Assembly (NCBI GenBank): GCA_964532925.1
Contig: CAZHIP010000001.1
Coordinates: 192,621 to 251,071, forward strand
DNA from: an uncultured Gammaproteobacteria bacterium
GTDB taxonomy: Bacteria > Patescibacteriota > Patescibacteriia > GWA2-47-26
Reading direction: 5' to 3'
Length of the DNA stretch: 58,451 nt
Below, piece by piece: positions 16,686 through 25,327 of the stretch. The position numbers and the translations under genes were made by a program. The notes under the pieces were generated by a model, which was not told where the DNA came from, made no database searches, and saw nothing but the letters and a program-made list of their open reading frames with translations. Each line of letters starts with the position of its first letter. Within the stretch, counting starts at the first letter, position 1.

Positions 16686-17927
16686 ATGCCTCCTATGGAT
16701 ACACTATTTTCAAAAGCCTCGCAATCACAAGCACCACTGGCTGATCGCATGCGGCCGCAGACGTTTGATGAGGTGGTGGGGCAAGAAAAACTGGTCGGCC
16801 CAAGTGGCATGTTGCGACAACTCTTGAACACGGGAAATTTGCCGTCGATTATTTTTTGGGGACCGCCAGGCTCAGGTAAAACTTCTATTGCGCGCGTAAT
16901 TGCTAATGAGGCTAAGGTTAACTTTATCGCAACCTCAGCAGTGACTTGCGGTCTTCCGGAATTGCGAAAAATTGTTGCTGTCGCAGAGTCTACGCGATCA
17001 ATTGGCGGCAAAAAAACAATGCTATTTCTCGACGAAATTCATCGGTGGAATAAATCCCAACAAGATGCATTGCTTCCCCATGTTGAGTCGGGGTTGATTA
17101 CGCTTATTGGTGCCACCACTGAGAATCCTTCGTTTTCGATTAACAACGCGTTGCTCTCTCGTTCGCGAGTCTTACTACTCGATGCATTATCGGTGGAATC
17201 GATTATCAAACTGCTTGAACATGCACTTGCAAATACCGAGCGGGGACTGGGAACACAGAAAATTAGTATTGTGCCAGAGATGTTAAAATTGATTGCCGAA
17301 CTTGCAAATGGCGATGCGCGCACCGCGTTGAACACCCTTGAGGTTTCGGTACAGTTGGCGGCAGGAAAATCTATTGATCGAGGAATTGTTGAAACTGCCA
17401 TGCAGCGATCTCATCTCATCTATGATCGTGCTGGTGAGGAGCATTACAATATTATTTCGGCGTTACATAAGTCCATGCGCGGGTCTGATGCAAACGCAGC
17501 GCTCTACTGGCTTGGTAGGATGCTTGAAGCAGGAGAGGATCCGTTGTATGTTGCGCGTCGAATTATCCGTTTTGCGTCCGAAGATATTGGAGTTGCTGAT
17601 CCGCAGGCATTGCTCCAAGCAGTGGCGGCATATCAGGCGTCACATGCAATTGGTATGCCGGAGTGTAGTGTGGTATTGGCACAGGCAGTGGTGTATTTGG
17701 CTCGCGCTCCCAAGTCGAATACACTCTATGTTGGATATCAAAATGTGCAACATGATATTCGCGCGGGTGTGTTGCCAGGAGTACCGCTTCATTTACGTAA
17801 TGCGCCTACAAAACTCATGAAAGAGATTGGCTACGGCAAAGACTACCAGTATAATCCAGACTACACTGAACCAGTGGATCAGGAATATCTGCCACCAGAG
17901 CTCAGGGGTCGGAAATACATAGAATAA
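16686..17927 (+). CDS. rarA: Replication-associated recombination protein A (AAA+ ATPase)
   Basis: Walker A GPPGSGKTS and Walker B LFLDEIHRWNK, plus the MgsA C-terminal region (HYNIISALHKSMRGSD, LYWLGRML, GMPE). ATG 16686 is preferred over the ORF-track TTG at 16662. Confidence 0.9.
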   Translation: MPPMDTLFSKASQSQAPLADRMRPQTFDEVVGQEKLVGPSGMLRQLLNTGNLPSIIFWGPPGSGKTSIARVIANEAKVNFIATSAVTCGLPELRKIVAVAESTRSIGGKKTMLFLDEIHRWNKSQQDALLPHVESGLITLIGATTENPSFSINNALLSRSRVLLLDALSVESIIKLLEHALANTERGLGTQKISIVPEMLKLIAELANGDARTALNTLEVSVQLAAGKSIDRGIVETAMQRSHLIYDRAGEEHYNIISALHKSMRGSDANAALYWLGRMLEAGEDPLYVARRIIRFASEDIGVADPQALLQAVAAYQASHAIGMPECSVVLAQAVVYLARAPKSNTLYVGYQNVQHDIRAGVLPGVPLHLRNAPTKLMKEIGYGKDYQYNPDYTEPVDQEYLPPELRGRKYIE

Positions 17928-17929
17928 GT

Positions 17930-19069
17930 ATGCGTGATCGGTTGATACCAATTTTTATCATTTTTAGTTTTTTGCTTCTCGCCACATCAGCAACATGGTT
18001 TTTTTTGTCGCGCCCAAATGATGGGCAGGTTGTAGGATTGACCCTCAAAAATATTTCACACCTCGAAACTTTTACGTATCGCGGTGCGCTGAGCTTCGCT
18101 GCTGATCGATCGAATGGTGTTCAAGCACCTCTGTTTGACGCGGTGTTTTATAACAACGGACAACTTGTTATGAATGCACATGAGCGTCCGGATATTGTGA
18201 ATAATTTTGAAGCGCGGCTCTACTTTCCCGAAGGGAAATACAGCTTTCGTGGAAACATGACTCGTGCACATGAGGCAACGTATTTAAAGCTCGACGAATC
18301 TCCTAGTTTTGGGTTGCTAAATTTGGCGGATGTGGTGGGAAAGTGGTTTGCGGTTCCAGCGGTATGGGATACAGGGCCAGTGACACGAGAGATTCGCCCA
18401 CTTGCCGGCATGGTTGGTGAGGGCAAGATGTTTCGTTCAGTAACACGATTGGCGGATGAAACGATTGAGGGGCGAGCGGTGTATCATCTACAGACAAAGA
18501 TCGCGCCGACAGCCTTCGAAGATTTTGTGCAGTCTATTGTGCTTGGCCAAGGAGGAAGCGTTGAAGAGGCTATGGCGGCGGTGGCGTTTACGCGATCGAA
18601 TATTACGATCGATACACTAGATCTGTGGGTGACGAAACGAGGATTCGATCTCTATCGGGTCCGCGCATTGGGTGATGCACGGTTGCAGGATTTGGCACCA
18701 GCTCACTTTATTGCATCTGTTGATGTGCGGCGACATAATCACGCGTTGGCTATTGCCCCTATTGGAGTCGCGACTATACCTATCGAAACAATACTTGCGC
18801 CTATTGGTGCCAAATTTGGTGTTGCTGGTTTTGAGACACGAACATTGACTTCGCAATTACCGGCACTGCCCTCGGTGGGAGGACAACAGATGACGCTCGA
18901 GGGGATGGCTTCTTTTGTGGTAGATACGGACCGCGATGGGCTCAATAACCTCATGGAGCAGGTGTATGGGACAGATCCTTTGAATCCAGATTCTGATGCA
19001 GACGAGTATCTTGACAGCAACGAAGTAGAACGTGGGTACGACCCCTTAGGGCCTGGAAACCTGCGTTAG
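17930..19069 (+). CDS. Membrane-anchored/secreted hypothetical protein with C-terminal Asp-rich calcium-binding-type repeats
   Basis: N-terminal TM helix. The C-terminus DTDRDGLNNLMEQVYGTDPLNPDSDADEYLDSNE resembles thrombospondin type-3-like repeats. Confidence 0.7.
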   Translation: MRDRLIPIFIIFSFLLLATSATWFFLSRPNDGQVVGLTLKNISHLETFTYRGALSFAADRSNGVQAPLFDAVFYNNGQLVMNAHERPDIVNNFEARLYFPEGKYSFRGNMTRAHEATYLKLDESPSFGLLNLADVVGKWFAVPAVWDTGPVTREIRPLAGMVGEGKMFRSVTRLADETIEGRAVYHLQTKIAPTAFEDFVQSIVLGQGGSVEEAMAAVAFTRSNITIDTLDLWVTKRGFDLYRVRALGDARLQDLAPAHFIASVDVRRHNHALAIAPIGVATIPIETILAPIGAKFGVAGFETRTLTSQLPALPSVGGQQMTLEGMASFVVDTDRDGLNNLMEQVYGTDPLNPDSDADEYLDSNEVERGYDPLGPGNLR

Positions 19070-19163
19070 TTGTCATGGGTTGCTAAGGTGGGCTAAACAC
19101 GGTATATTGTTCTGGCTTAGCAATGGAGGGTAAGGGGTTCTTTTTTTGTTGTATCTACGCCAC

Positions 19164-19235
19164 GGGTCCGTAGCTCAATGGTAGAGCAGAGGCCTTTTAA
19201 GCCTAAGGTTATGGGTTCGAGCCCCATCGGACCCA
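19164..19235 (+). tRNA. tRNA-Lys (anticodon TTT)
   Basis: Hand-folded 72-nt cloverleaf: acceptor GGGTCCG/CGGACCC, D arm GCTC-AATGGTA-GAGC, anticodon loop CTTTTAA, T arm ATGGG-TTCGAGC-CCCAT. Confidence 0.85.
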
Positions 19236-19358
19236 TGGCGTGGAAATAATATATTGGGAGTGATGGGCGAGAAGGGTGAAGAGGCGAGTGAATAGTTTCA
19301 CTCGAAAAAGCACCCCGGCTCGGAGAGGAGCCCCATCGGACCCATGGCGTGGAAATAA
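19219..19358 (+). repeat. 31-bp perfect direct repeat that includes the tRNA-Lys 3' end (copies at 19219-19249 and 19328-19358)
   Basis: GAGCCCCATCGGACCCATGGCGTGGAAATAA occurs twice, 78 nt apart. The first copy spans the last 17 nt of tRNA-Lys plus 14 nt downstream. Confidence 0.9.
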
Positions 19359-19377
19359 GAGGAAATCAAAAAACTCT

Positions 19378-21273
19378 ATGCCCCATTCTCGCACAATTCG
19401 CAATAGTATCATTGGTGTATTGTGGGGGGTTGCCCTTATTCTTGTTTGGGATATTAGCATGGGATCTCTCGCCTTCTATTCAGTGAAGCGTTTGGAGTCG
19501 CAAGTAGAAAATGTACAAACACAATGGAAGGAGAAAAAATGGGAGGAGCTGAAGGATACACTCAAAGAAACAAATGGGCTGTTAAAAAAGACGAATACAG
19601 CGCTTGGTCGCATCTTGTTTGTTTCACAATTGCCAGTTTTTCATACAGAGATCGCAGCCGCTCGAGATACGGCAGGTGCTTTTGTCGCACTTTCGAATGG
19701 AGTGCAAGAGATGGTCACCATTGCAGAGGGTGATATCACACCGCTTTTAGATCGCGCATTTGATCCTAAAGCTACGCTGTCAGATGCATCGCGCAAAAAA
19801 TTGCAACAAGCCTTACTTGCTGCAATTCCACGTCTTGAATTGGGGGCGCAAGGTTTTGTTGATGCGAATGTTCTTTTGCAGCGAATTCCTCAAGATGCCT
19901 GGGTGTTGTCGGTTCCTCGGATACGAGTTGCCTATGATAGTGCTGTTGCCGCAAGTAGCTTTTTTGCCAACACTGAATCATTGGTAGCACTTTCACCGCA
20001 CTTGGCAGGTTTTGATGGTGCTCCGCGTACCTACCTTCTGCTTTTCCAAAATGATACCGAATTGCGACCAACCGGTGGTTTTATTGGTAGTTATGGTATC
20101 TTGCGCGTAAAGGATGGTCGTATTGTCGACTTCAAAATTGATGACACATACAATCTCGATAACCATGCACCAAAACAAGGTCGGCCCATGTCACCCGAGC
20201 CGCTCAAAGATTATTTAGGGCAACCGACGTGGTATTTCCGCGACGTAAATTGGTCGCCAGATTTTCCAGAAACTGCAATGCGCGCACTGCAGTTTTATCG
20301 AGATGAAGGTGGCGTTGGTGCCCCGAACGCAGTGATTGCCGTTACCACAAAAACATTAGTCGATATATTAAAAATCACCGCACCAATTCGAGTAGGCGCT
20401 CGCCAGTTTTCCGCAGAAAATGTTGTAGATACGCTGCAGTTGGCTACGGAAGTTGATTACCACAAACAGGGCATTCCTACTGTAGAGCGGAAAGCTATTA
20501 TTGGTGTGTTGGGTCAAGCGCTTGTCGAACGTATGGGGACGTTGTCGTTATATGAGTTGCGAGACGTGTTGCATGTATTGAAAAATAATTTAGATCAGAA
20601 AAATATTTTGATCTATGATACACACCTCGAAGCTCAGCAAAAATACATGGCAAAAAATTGGGGCGGGGAGATTAAGCAGGTAGAAACAGATTATCTGATG
20701 GTGGTTGATGCAAACTTGGGTAGTCTTAAAACCGACCCAGCAGTGAGTCGGACGATTCAATATGCGGTCAATCAAAATGGTGATGGTCAGTATATTGCCG
20801 ATCTTGCGGTTACCTATGATCACGAAGGTCGTTTTAACTGGAAGACAACTCGACTGCGGAACTATGTGCGCATATATGTACCAGAGGGCAGCGCATTGAG
20901 AACTGCTACCGGATTTATGGTTCGCGAGAACATGAATCAGCCAGGTAGCGTTGCAGTTTCTCGAGATCATGGGAAAACAGTTTTTGCTGGGTTCGTTTCT
21001 GTGGAACCCGGTGAGGCAAAAACATTGCGGTTGCAATATGTGTTGCCATCGGACATTGTGACGAGTACGACCTCGTCGAATTTATATGAGCTGTATGTAC
21101 AGAAGCAGCCAGGAGCCGCCCCACGTGAGCTTGTGGTCATGGGGCCTGCAATACAACCAACAGATTGGTCACCACGCTCATTAGGAGTATCCCTTACAAA
21201 AAAAGGGCAGATGTCTTGGAATACAAAACTGGCCACAGATCAGCAGTTTTCACTTACATGGAAGCGTGAGTAG
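19378..21273 (+). CDS. DUF4012-domain membrane-anchored protein
   Basis: Start at ATG 19378, giving an N-terminal TM segment. The LLFQNDTELRPTGGFIGSYGILRV motif is typical of DUF4012 as I recall it. The ORF-track extension from 19276 runs through the att-like repeat. Confidence 0.8.
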   Translation: MPHSRTIRNSIIGVLWGVALILVWDISMGSLAFYSVKRLESQVENVQTQWKEKKWEELKDTLKETNGLLKKTNTALGRILFVSQLPVFHTEIAAARDTAGAFVALSNGVQEMVTIAEGDITPLLDRAFDPKATLSDASRKKLQQALLAAIPRLELGAQGFVDANVLLQRIPQDAWVLSVPRIRVAYDSAVAASSFFANTESLVALSPHLAGFDGAPRTYLLLFQNDTELRPTGGFIGSYGILRVKDGRIVDFKIDDTYNLDNHAPKQGRPMSPEPLKDYLGQPTWYFRDVNWSPDFPETAMRALQFYRDEGGVGAPNAVIAVTTKTLVDILKITAPIRVGARQFSAENVVDTLQLATEVDYHKQGIPTVERKAIIGVLGQALVERMGTLSLYELRDVLHVLKNNLDQKNILIYDTHLEAQQKYMAKNWGGEIKQVETDYLMVVDANLGSLKTDPAVSRTIQYAVNQNGDGQYIADLAVTYDHEGRFNWKTTRLRNYVRIYVPEGSALRTATGFMVRENMNQPGSVAVSRDHGKTVFAGFVSVEPGEAKTLRLQYVLPSDIVTSTTSSNLYELYVQKQPGAAPRELVVMGPAIQPTDWSPRSLGVSLTKKGQMSWNTKLATDQQFSLTWKRE

Positions 21274-21275
21274 GT

Positions 21276-22289
21276 ATGAGTATGTTTATTAAAAAAATTG
21301 GTATTGATTTGGGGACAACGAGTGTCTTGGTCTATGTCCCGCGGCGAGGTATCATTATTAATGAACCGTCGGTGGTGGCGGTTTCTCTGGTGGACAAGAA
21401 GATCTTGGCAGTTGGGCATGAAGCCAAAGAAATGCTTGGCCGTACTCCAGATACGATTATTGCATCACGGCCACTGAAAGATGGCGTGATTGCAGACTAT
21501 AAAGCGACTGAGGCAATGTTGCGATATTTCGTAAATAAGGCCTTGGGAGGAGTCCATCTGTTTCGTCCTGAGGTTATGGTGGCGGTACCGGGTGGAATCA
21601 CTTCAGTCGAGCGTCGTGCAGTCATCGACGCCACTCTCGCAGCTGGTGCTAAGGCGGCATATATTATTAAAGAGCCAATTGTTGCAGCCATTGGCGCTGA
21701 TATCCCGATTGGTTCAGCCTCTGGTCACATGATCGTTGATATTGGTGGAGGTACTATTGAGGCAGCTGTTATTTCCCTTGGCGGTATTGTGTCATCGGCA
21801 TCAACTCGTATTGGCGGCAATCGATTGGATTTGGCTGTCAGTGAGTATATTCGCCGCAAATACGGTGTTGCCATTGGTGAGCATACGGCGGAACAAGTAA
21901 AAATTGGTATTGGTTCGGCAATGTACATGGAGGATCGACTGACACTCGAGATTACTGGTCGCGATATGGTTACTGGTATGCCACGCAAGGTGACCGTAAC
22001 GTCTGACGATGTTACGGAAGCAATCCAGAGTGAGCTTGAAGGTATGGTTGCGGCCATTAAAGAGGTGTTACAGAACACTCCGCCAGAGCTATCTGCAGAC
22101 GTTATGGAAAAAGGTATGGTGCTTTCTGGGGGAACAAGTCAGTTGCGTCATTTGGCTGATTTATTTGCTCGTATGACAGGTGTTCCGGCACATGTTGCGG
22201 ATGAGCCGGTGTTGTGTGTGGTAAAAGGCACAGGGGTGGCGCTTGAAAATTTGGAATCCTATAAGCGAAGCATTCTTGCTTCTCGCTAA
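21276..22289 (+). CDS. mreB: Rod shape-determining actin homolog MreB
   Basis: IGIDLGTTSVLVY, MIVDIGGGTIEAAVISLGG and LSGGTSQLRHL motifs. 337 aa. Confidence 0.92.
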   Translation: MSMFIKKIGIDLGTTSVLVYVPRRGIIINEPSVVAVSLVDKKILAVGHEAKEMLGRTPDTIIASRPLKDGVIADYKATEAMLRYFVNKALGGVHLFRPEVMVAVPGGITSVERRAVIDATLAAGAKAAYIIKEPIVAAIGADIPIGSASGHMIVDIGGGTIEAAVISLGGIVSSASTRIGGNRLDLAVSEYIRRKYGVAIGEHTAEQVKIGIGSAMYMEDRLTLEITGRDMVTGMPRKVTVTSDDVTEAIQSELEGMVAAIKEVLQNTPPELSADVMEKGMVLSGGTSQLRHLADLFARMTGVPAHVADEPVLCVVKGTGVALENLESYKRSILASR

Positions 22290-22291
22290 CA

Positions 22292-23590
22292 ATGACCCAA
22301 CGTTTTTTTGTACGATATATCCTGATAGTGCTCGCAGCCGCAATAGTTTCTGTTGCGCCTTTTTCTGTGTATGCTGCGACACAACAAGAGGTCCAGGATT
22401 TAATCAGCAAGCGTAATGCGCAAATCGCGGAGCTTGAAGCATTGATTAATAATTATCAAAATCTTGCAGCAGAAAAACGGAAAGCAGCCACCGGTATTCA
22501 AGGTCAGATTCAAGCCCTTGGTGATGATATCAAAAAAGCAAATTTGGAAATCAAGAGTTTGTCGCTCAATATTTCAAAATTGGATTTAAATATTACCAAA
22601 ACAAAACAAGATATTGGTTTGACGGAACTGCGCATTGATAGTGCTCGCGACAGCTTAAAGGTGAGTATTGCGTCTTTGTCGCGCGGTGATCGCGAAACCC
22701 CGATTGCAGAACTCTTGAAGGGTGCGCCGGTATCAGAGTTTTTTAATGAACTCTACGATTTATATTTTTTGCAATCGAGCATTCAGCGTAATCTTGGCAC
22801 ACTCAAGTCTGCGCGTTCCGAACTGGCATCAATGCAGGGGAGTCTTGAGGATCAACGCATTGAGCAAGAACAGTTAAAACGTTTGCAGGAGCTTTCTCGC
22901 AAAAATGCTGAAACAAAAAAAGGAGAACAAAAGAATTTGCTTACCAAAGTGAAAAAAGAGGAGGAGCAAGTGAAGCAGAAAATTACGCTTACCAAAAAGG
23001 ATATTGCGAATATTCGCGATCAGATTACCTATCTTATTAAAGCAGGTATTGGCGTTGAGGATGCCATTAAATACGGACAGCTGGCGGCTACTCGTTTAGG
23101 TATTCGACCGGCATTTTTGTTGGCGCTATTAGAAGTAGAATCTCGTCTTGGTCAAAATGTTGGTAAGGGCACCTGGAAGGTAGATATGCCTCCGCGCGAC
23201 CATGAGGCGTTTTTGCAAATCACGAAAGAGTTAAATTTGGATCCAGACACAACACCTGTTTCTAAAAAACCGTCCTATGGGTGGGGAGGTGCAATGGGCC
23301 CAGCACAGTTTATTCCAAGCACGTGGGTTGGATACCGAGCAGAGGTGGCACGTCTTACTGGGCATAATCCACCGTCACCATGGAGCATCGAAGATTCGTT
23401 TACTGCAGCAGCGCTGAAGTTGTCGCGTTCGGGTGCAGCCAGTAAAACTCGTGACGGTGAAATAGCTGCAGCAAAGGCGTATATTTCTGGTAGCTCATCA
23501 TGCACGAAAGCAATCTGCATTTCGTATTCGCGCATGATTTTGGACAAAGCCGCGCAGCTGGAAAAAGATTTACATGGCAATGGGACATAG
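22292..23590 (+). CDS. Secreted coiled-coil protein with a C-terminal lytic transglycosylase (SLT_2/MltB-like) domain
   Basis: Signal anchor, then about 230 aa of heptad-like coiled coil. The C-terminal domain has LLEVESRLGQN (catalytic Glu context) and GWGGAMGPAQFIPSTW. Confidence 0.8.
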   Translation: MTQRFFVRYILIVLAAAIVSVAPFSVYAATQQEVQDLISKRNAQIAELEALINNYQNLAAEKRKAATGIQGQIQALGDDIKKANLEIKSLSLNISKLDLNITKTKQDIGLTELRIDSARDSLKVSIASLSRGDRETPIAELLKGAPVSEFFNELYDLYFLQSSIQRNLGTLKSARSELASMQGSLEDQRIEQEQLKRLQELSRKNAETKKGEQKNLLTKVKKEEEQVKQKITLTKKDIANIRDQITYLIKAGIGVEDAIKYGQLAATRLGIRPAFLLALLEVESRLGQNVGKGTWKVDMPPRDHEAFLQITKELNLDPDTTPVSKKPSYGWGGAMGPAQFIPSTWVGYRAEVARLTGHNPPSPWSIEDSFTAAALKLSRSGAASKTRDGEIAAAKAYISGSSSCTKAICISYSRMILDKAAQLEKDLHGNGT

Positions 23591-25316
23591 TAATACCAGC
23601 CATATTCACGATCGTCGCCTGGCCATCATTCGACTCTTGGTGGTGCTTTTATTTGCCACCTGTATCAGCCGACTTTTCTTTTTGCAGGTGGTTGCGGGTG
23701 GAAAATTTCAGACCGAGGCTTCGGAGCAACATGAGTTCGCTACGCAATTACTACCGAAGCGCGGTGAGGTGTATATGCACGATAAAGATGGTACGCAATA
23801 TCCGCTTGCTACGAACCAGGATGTGTACTTGGTGTATGCCGATACTCGGTCGATGGAACGCGTCAGCGAAACATCTCGAGTGTTAGCAGAAGATTTAGGA
23901 ATCGATGCAGCAGAACTTTTGGAAAAATTATCAAAACCAGACGATCCGTACGAACCAATCGCGCATGGGATCTCAGACGATGTTGTTGATCGCATCAAGG
24001 CGCACAATTTTAAGGGTATTGGGTTTGTAAAAGAACGCAAGCGTTTGTATCCAAACGACACCACAGGAAGTCATGTTATCGGATTTGTGGGCCCAGACGC
24101 CAAAGGGGTTGTGCGTGGTAGGTATGGACTCGAAGCTGCGTATGAAAAAGAGCTTGCCGGAGAGGCGGGGTACATTGTTGGTGAGCGTGATAGTGTGGGC
24201 CGACTGATTCCTATTGGAAACAGAAAGGTGAATGAGCCAAAAAACGGCTCCAATCTTTTACTTACTATTGATCAACGCATTGAGTCGTTTGCGTGCGATA
24301 AGCTAGCAGAGACCGTAAAAGCACATGAGGCAACCGGTGGATCTGTGGTGATTTTGAATCCAAAAACGGGTGCAATTCGTGCGATGTGTGGTGCGCCGGG
24401 GTTTGATCCCAATGACTATAAATCTGCCAGCTCGTTGGGGGTCTATAATAATCCGGCGATATTTAATGCGTATGAGCCGGGGTCTGTTTTTAAGGTCATT
24501 ACTGCGGCGGGTGCGCTTGATGCGGGTAAGATAAATCCAGACACGATGTATGAAGATACCGGTGTTATTAAGGTAGATCGATTTGAAATTAAAAACTCTG
24601 ACGGGAAAGCGCACGGTCGCGTGAGCATGAGCTATGCATTTGCAGAGTCTTTGAACACAGGCTCTATTTTTTCTATGCGGGCGATGGGGGTTGAGAAGTT
24701 TAAAAAATATGTTGAGGGTTTTGGGTTTGGAAAATCAACAGGTTTAGGGTTGCCACAGGAATCCGCTGGAGATATTTCGAACTTAAAAAAATCAGGAGAG
24801 TCATATGCTGTCACTGCTTCATTTGGTCAAGGTGTTTCTATGACGCCACTCCAAATGCTGTCTGCGGTCGGTGCGATTGCTAATGGAGGAAAGCTCATGA
24901 AGCCATATCTTGTTGAGTCTATAGATGAGGGTGGTAGGATCAAAAAAGTGGGGGAACCACAAATGCTTCGACAAGTAATCTCTGCACGCGCTGCCTCTCT
25001 TGCTGGAGGTATGATGGTGAAAGTAGTTGAAGAAGGGCATGGTAAACGTGCGGGGGTGCCAGGGTATTGGGTTGCTGGTAAAACAGGAACCGCGCAGATT
25101 CCCGGACCAAAGGGTGGATATGAAACAGGTGCTAACATTGGTTCGTTTGTTGGTTTTGCTCCTGTTGAAGATCCGACATTCGCCATGATTGTTCGCATAG
25201 ATCGCCCGAAAGAAGTGAAATTTGCTGAAACTACTGCGGCACCACTCTTTGGAGAAATTGCACAATTCTTGCTACAATACGACGAAGTAGAGCCAAATCG
25301 ACCGCTCAAAAAATAG
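23574..25316 (+). CDS. Penicillin-binding protein 2 / FtsI-type class B transpeptidase
   Basis: N-terminal TM segment and a PBP dimerisation region. Motifs SVFK (SxxK), SLN (SxN) and KTGTA. Confidence 0.9.
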   Translation: MAMGHSNTSHIHDRRLAIIRLLVVLLFATCISRLFFLQVVAGGKFQTEASEQHEFATQLLPKRGEVYMHDKDGTQYPLATNQDVYLVYADTRSMERVSETSRVLAEDLGIDAAELLEKLSKPDDPYEPIAHGISDDVVDRIKAHNFKGIGFVKERKRLYPNDTTGSHVIGFVGPDAKGVVRGRYGLEAAYEKELAGEAGYIVGERDSVGRLIPIGNRKVNEPKNGSNLLLTIDQRIESFACDKLAETVKAHEATGGSVVILNPKTGAIRAMCGAPGFDPNDYKSASSLGVYNNPAIFNAYEPGSVFKVITAAGALDAGKINPDTMYEDTGVIKVDRFEIKNSDGKAHGRVSMSYAFAESLNTGSIFSMRAMGVEKFKKYVEGFGFGKSTGLGLPQESAGDISNLKKSGESYAVTASFGQGVSMTPLQMLSAVGAIANGGKLMKPYLVESIDEGGRIKKVGEPQMLRQVISARAASLAGGMMVKVVEEGHGKRAGVPGYWVAGKTGTAQIPGPKGGYETGANIGSFVGFAPVEDPTFAMIVRIDRPKEVKFAETTAAPLFGEIAQFLLQYDEVEPNRPLKK

Positions 25317-25327
25317 TCCATTCGCTT

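Noticed and set aside
16496-16827. Two plus-strand ORFs of 82 and 80 aa
   Set aside because: They read through the tRNA-Pro gene and the rarA 5' region. They are artefacts of an open frame across an RNA gene.
19276-19377. N-terminal extension of the DUF4012 ORF proposed by the ORF track
   Set aside because: The extension reads through the 78-nt spacer and the second copy of the tRNA-Lys att-like repeat. ATG 19378 gives a normal basic-then-TM N-terminus and has an AAGAGGAAA purine-rich site upstream.
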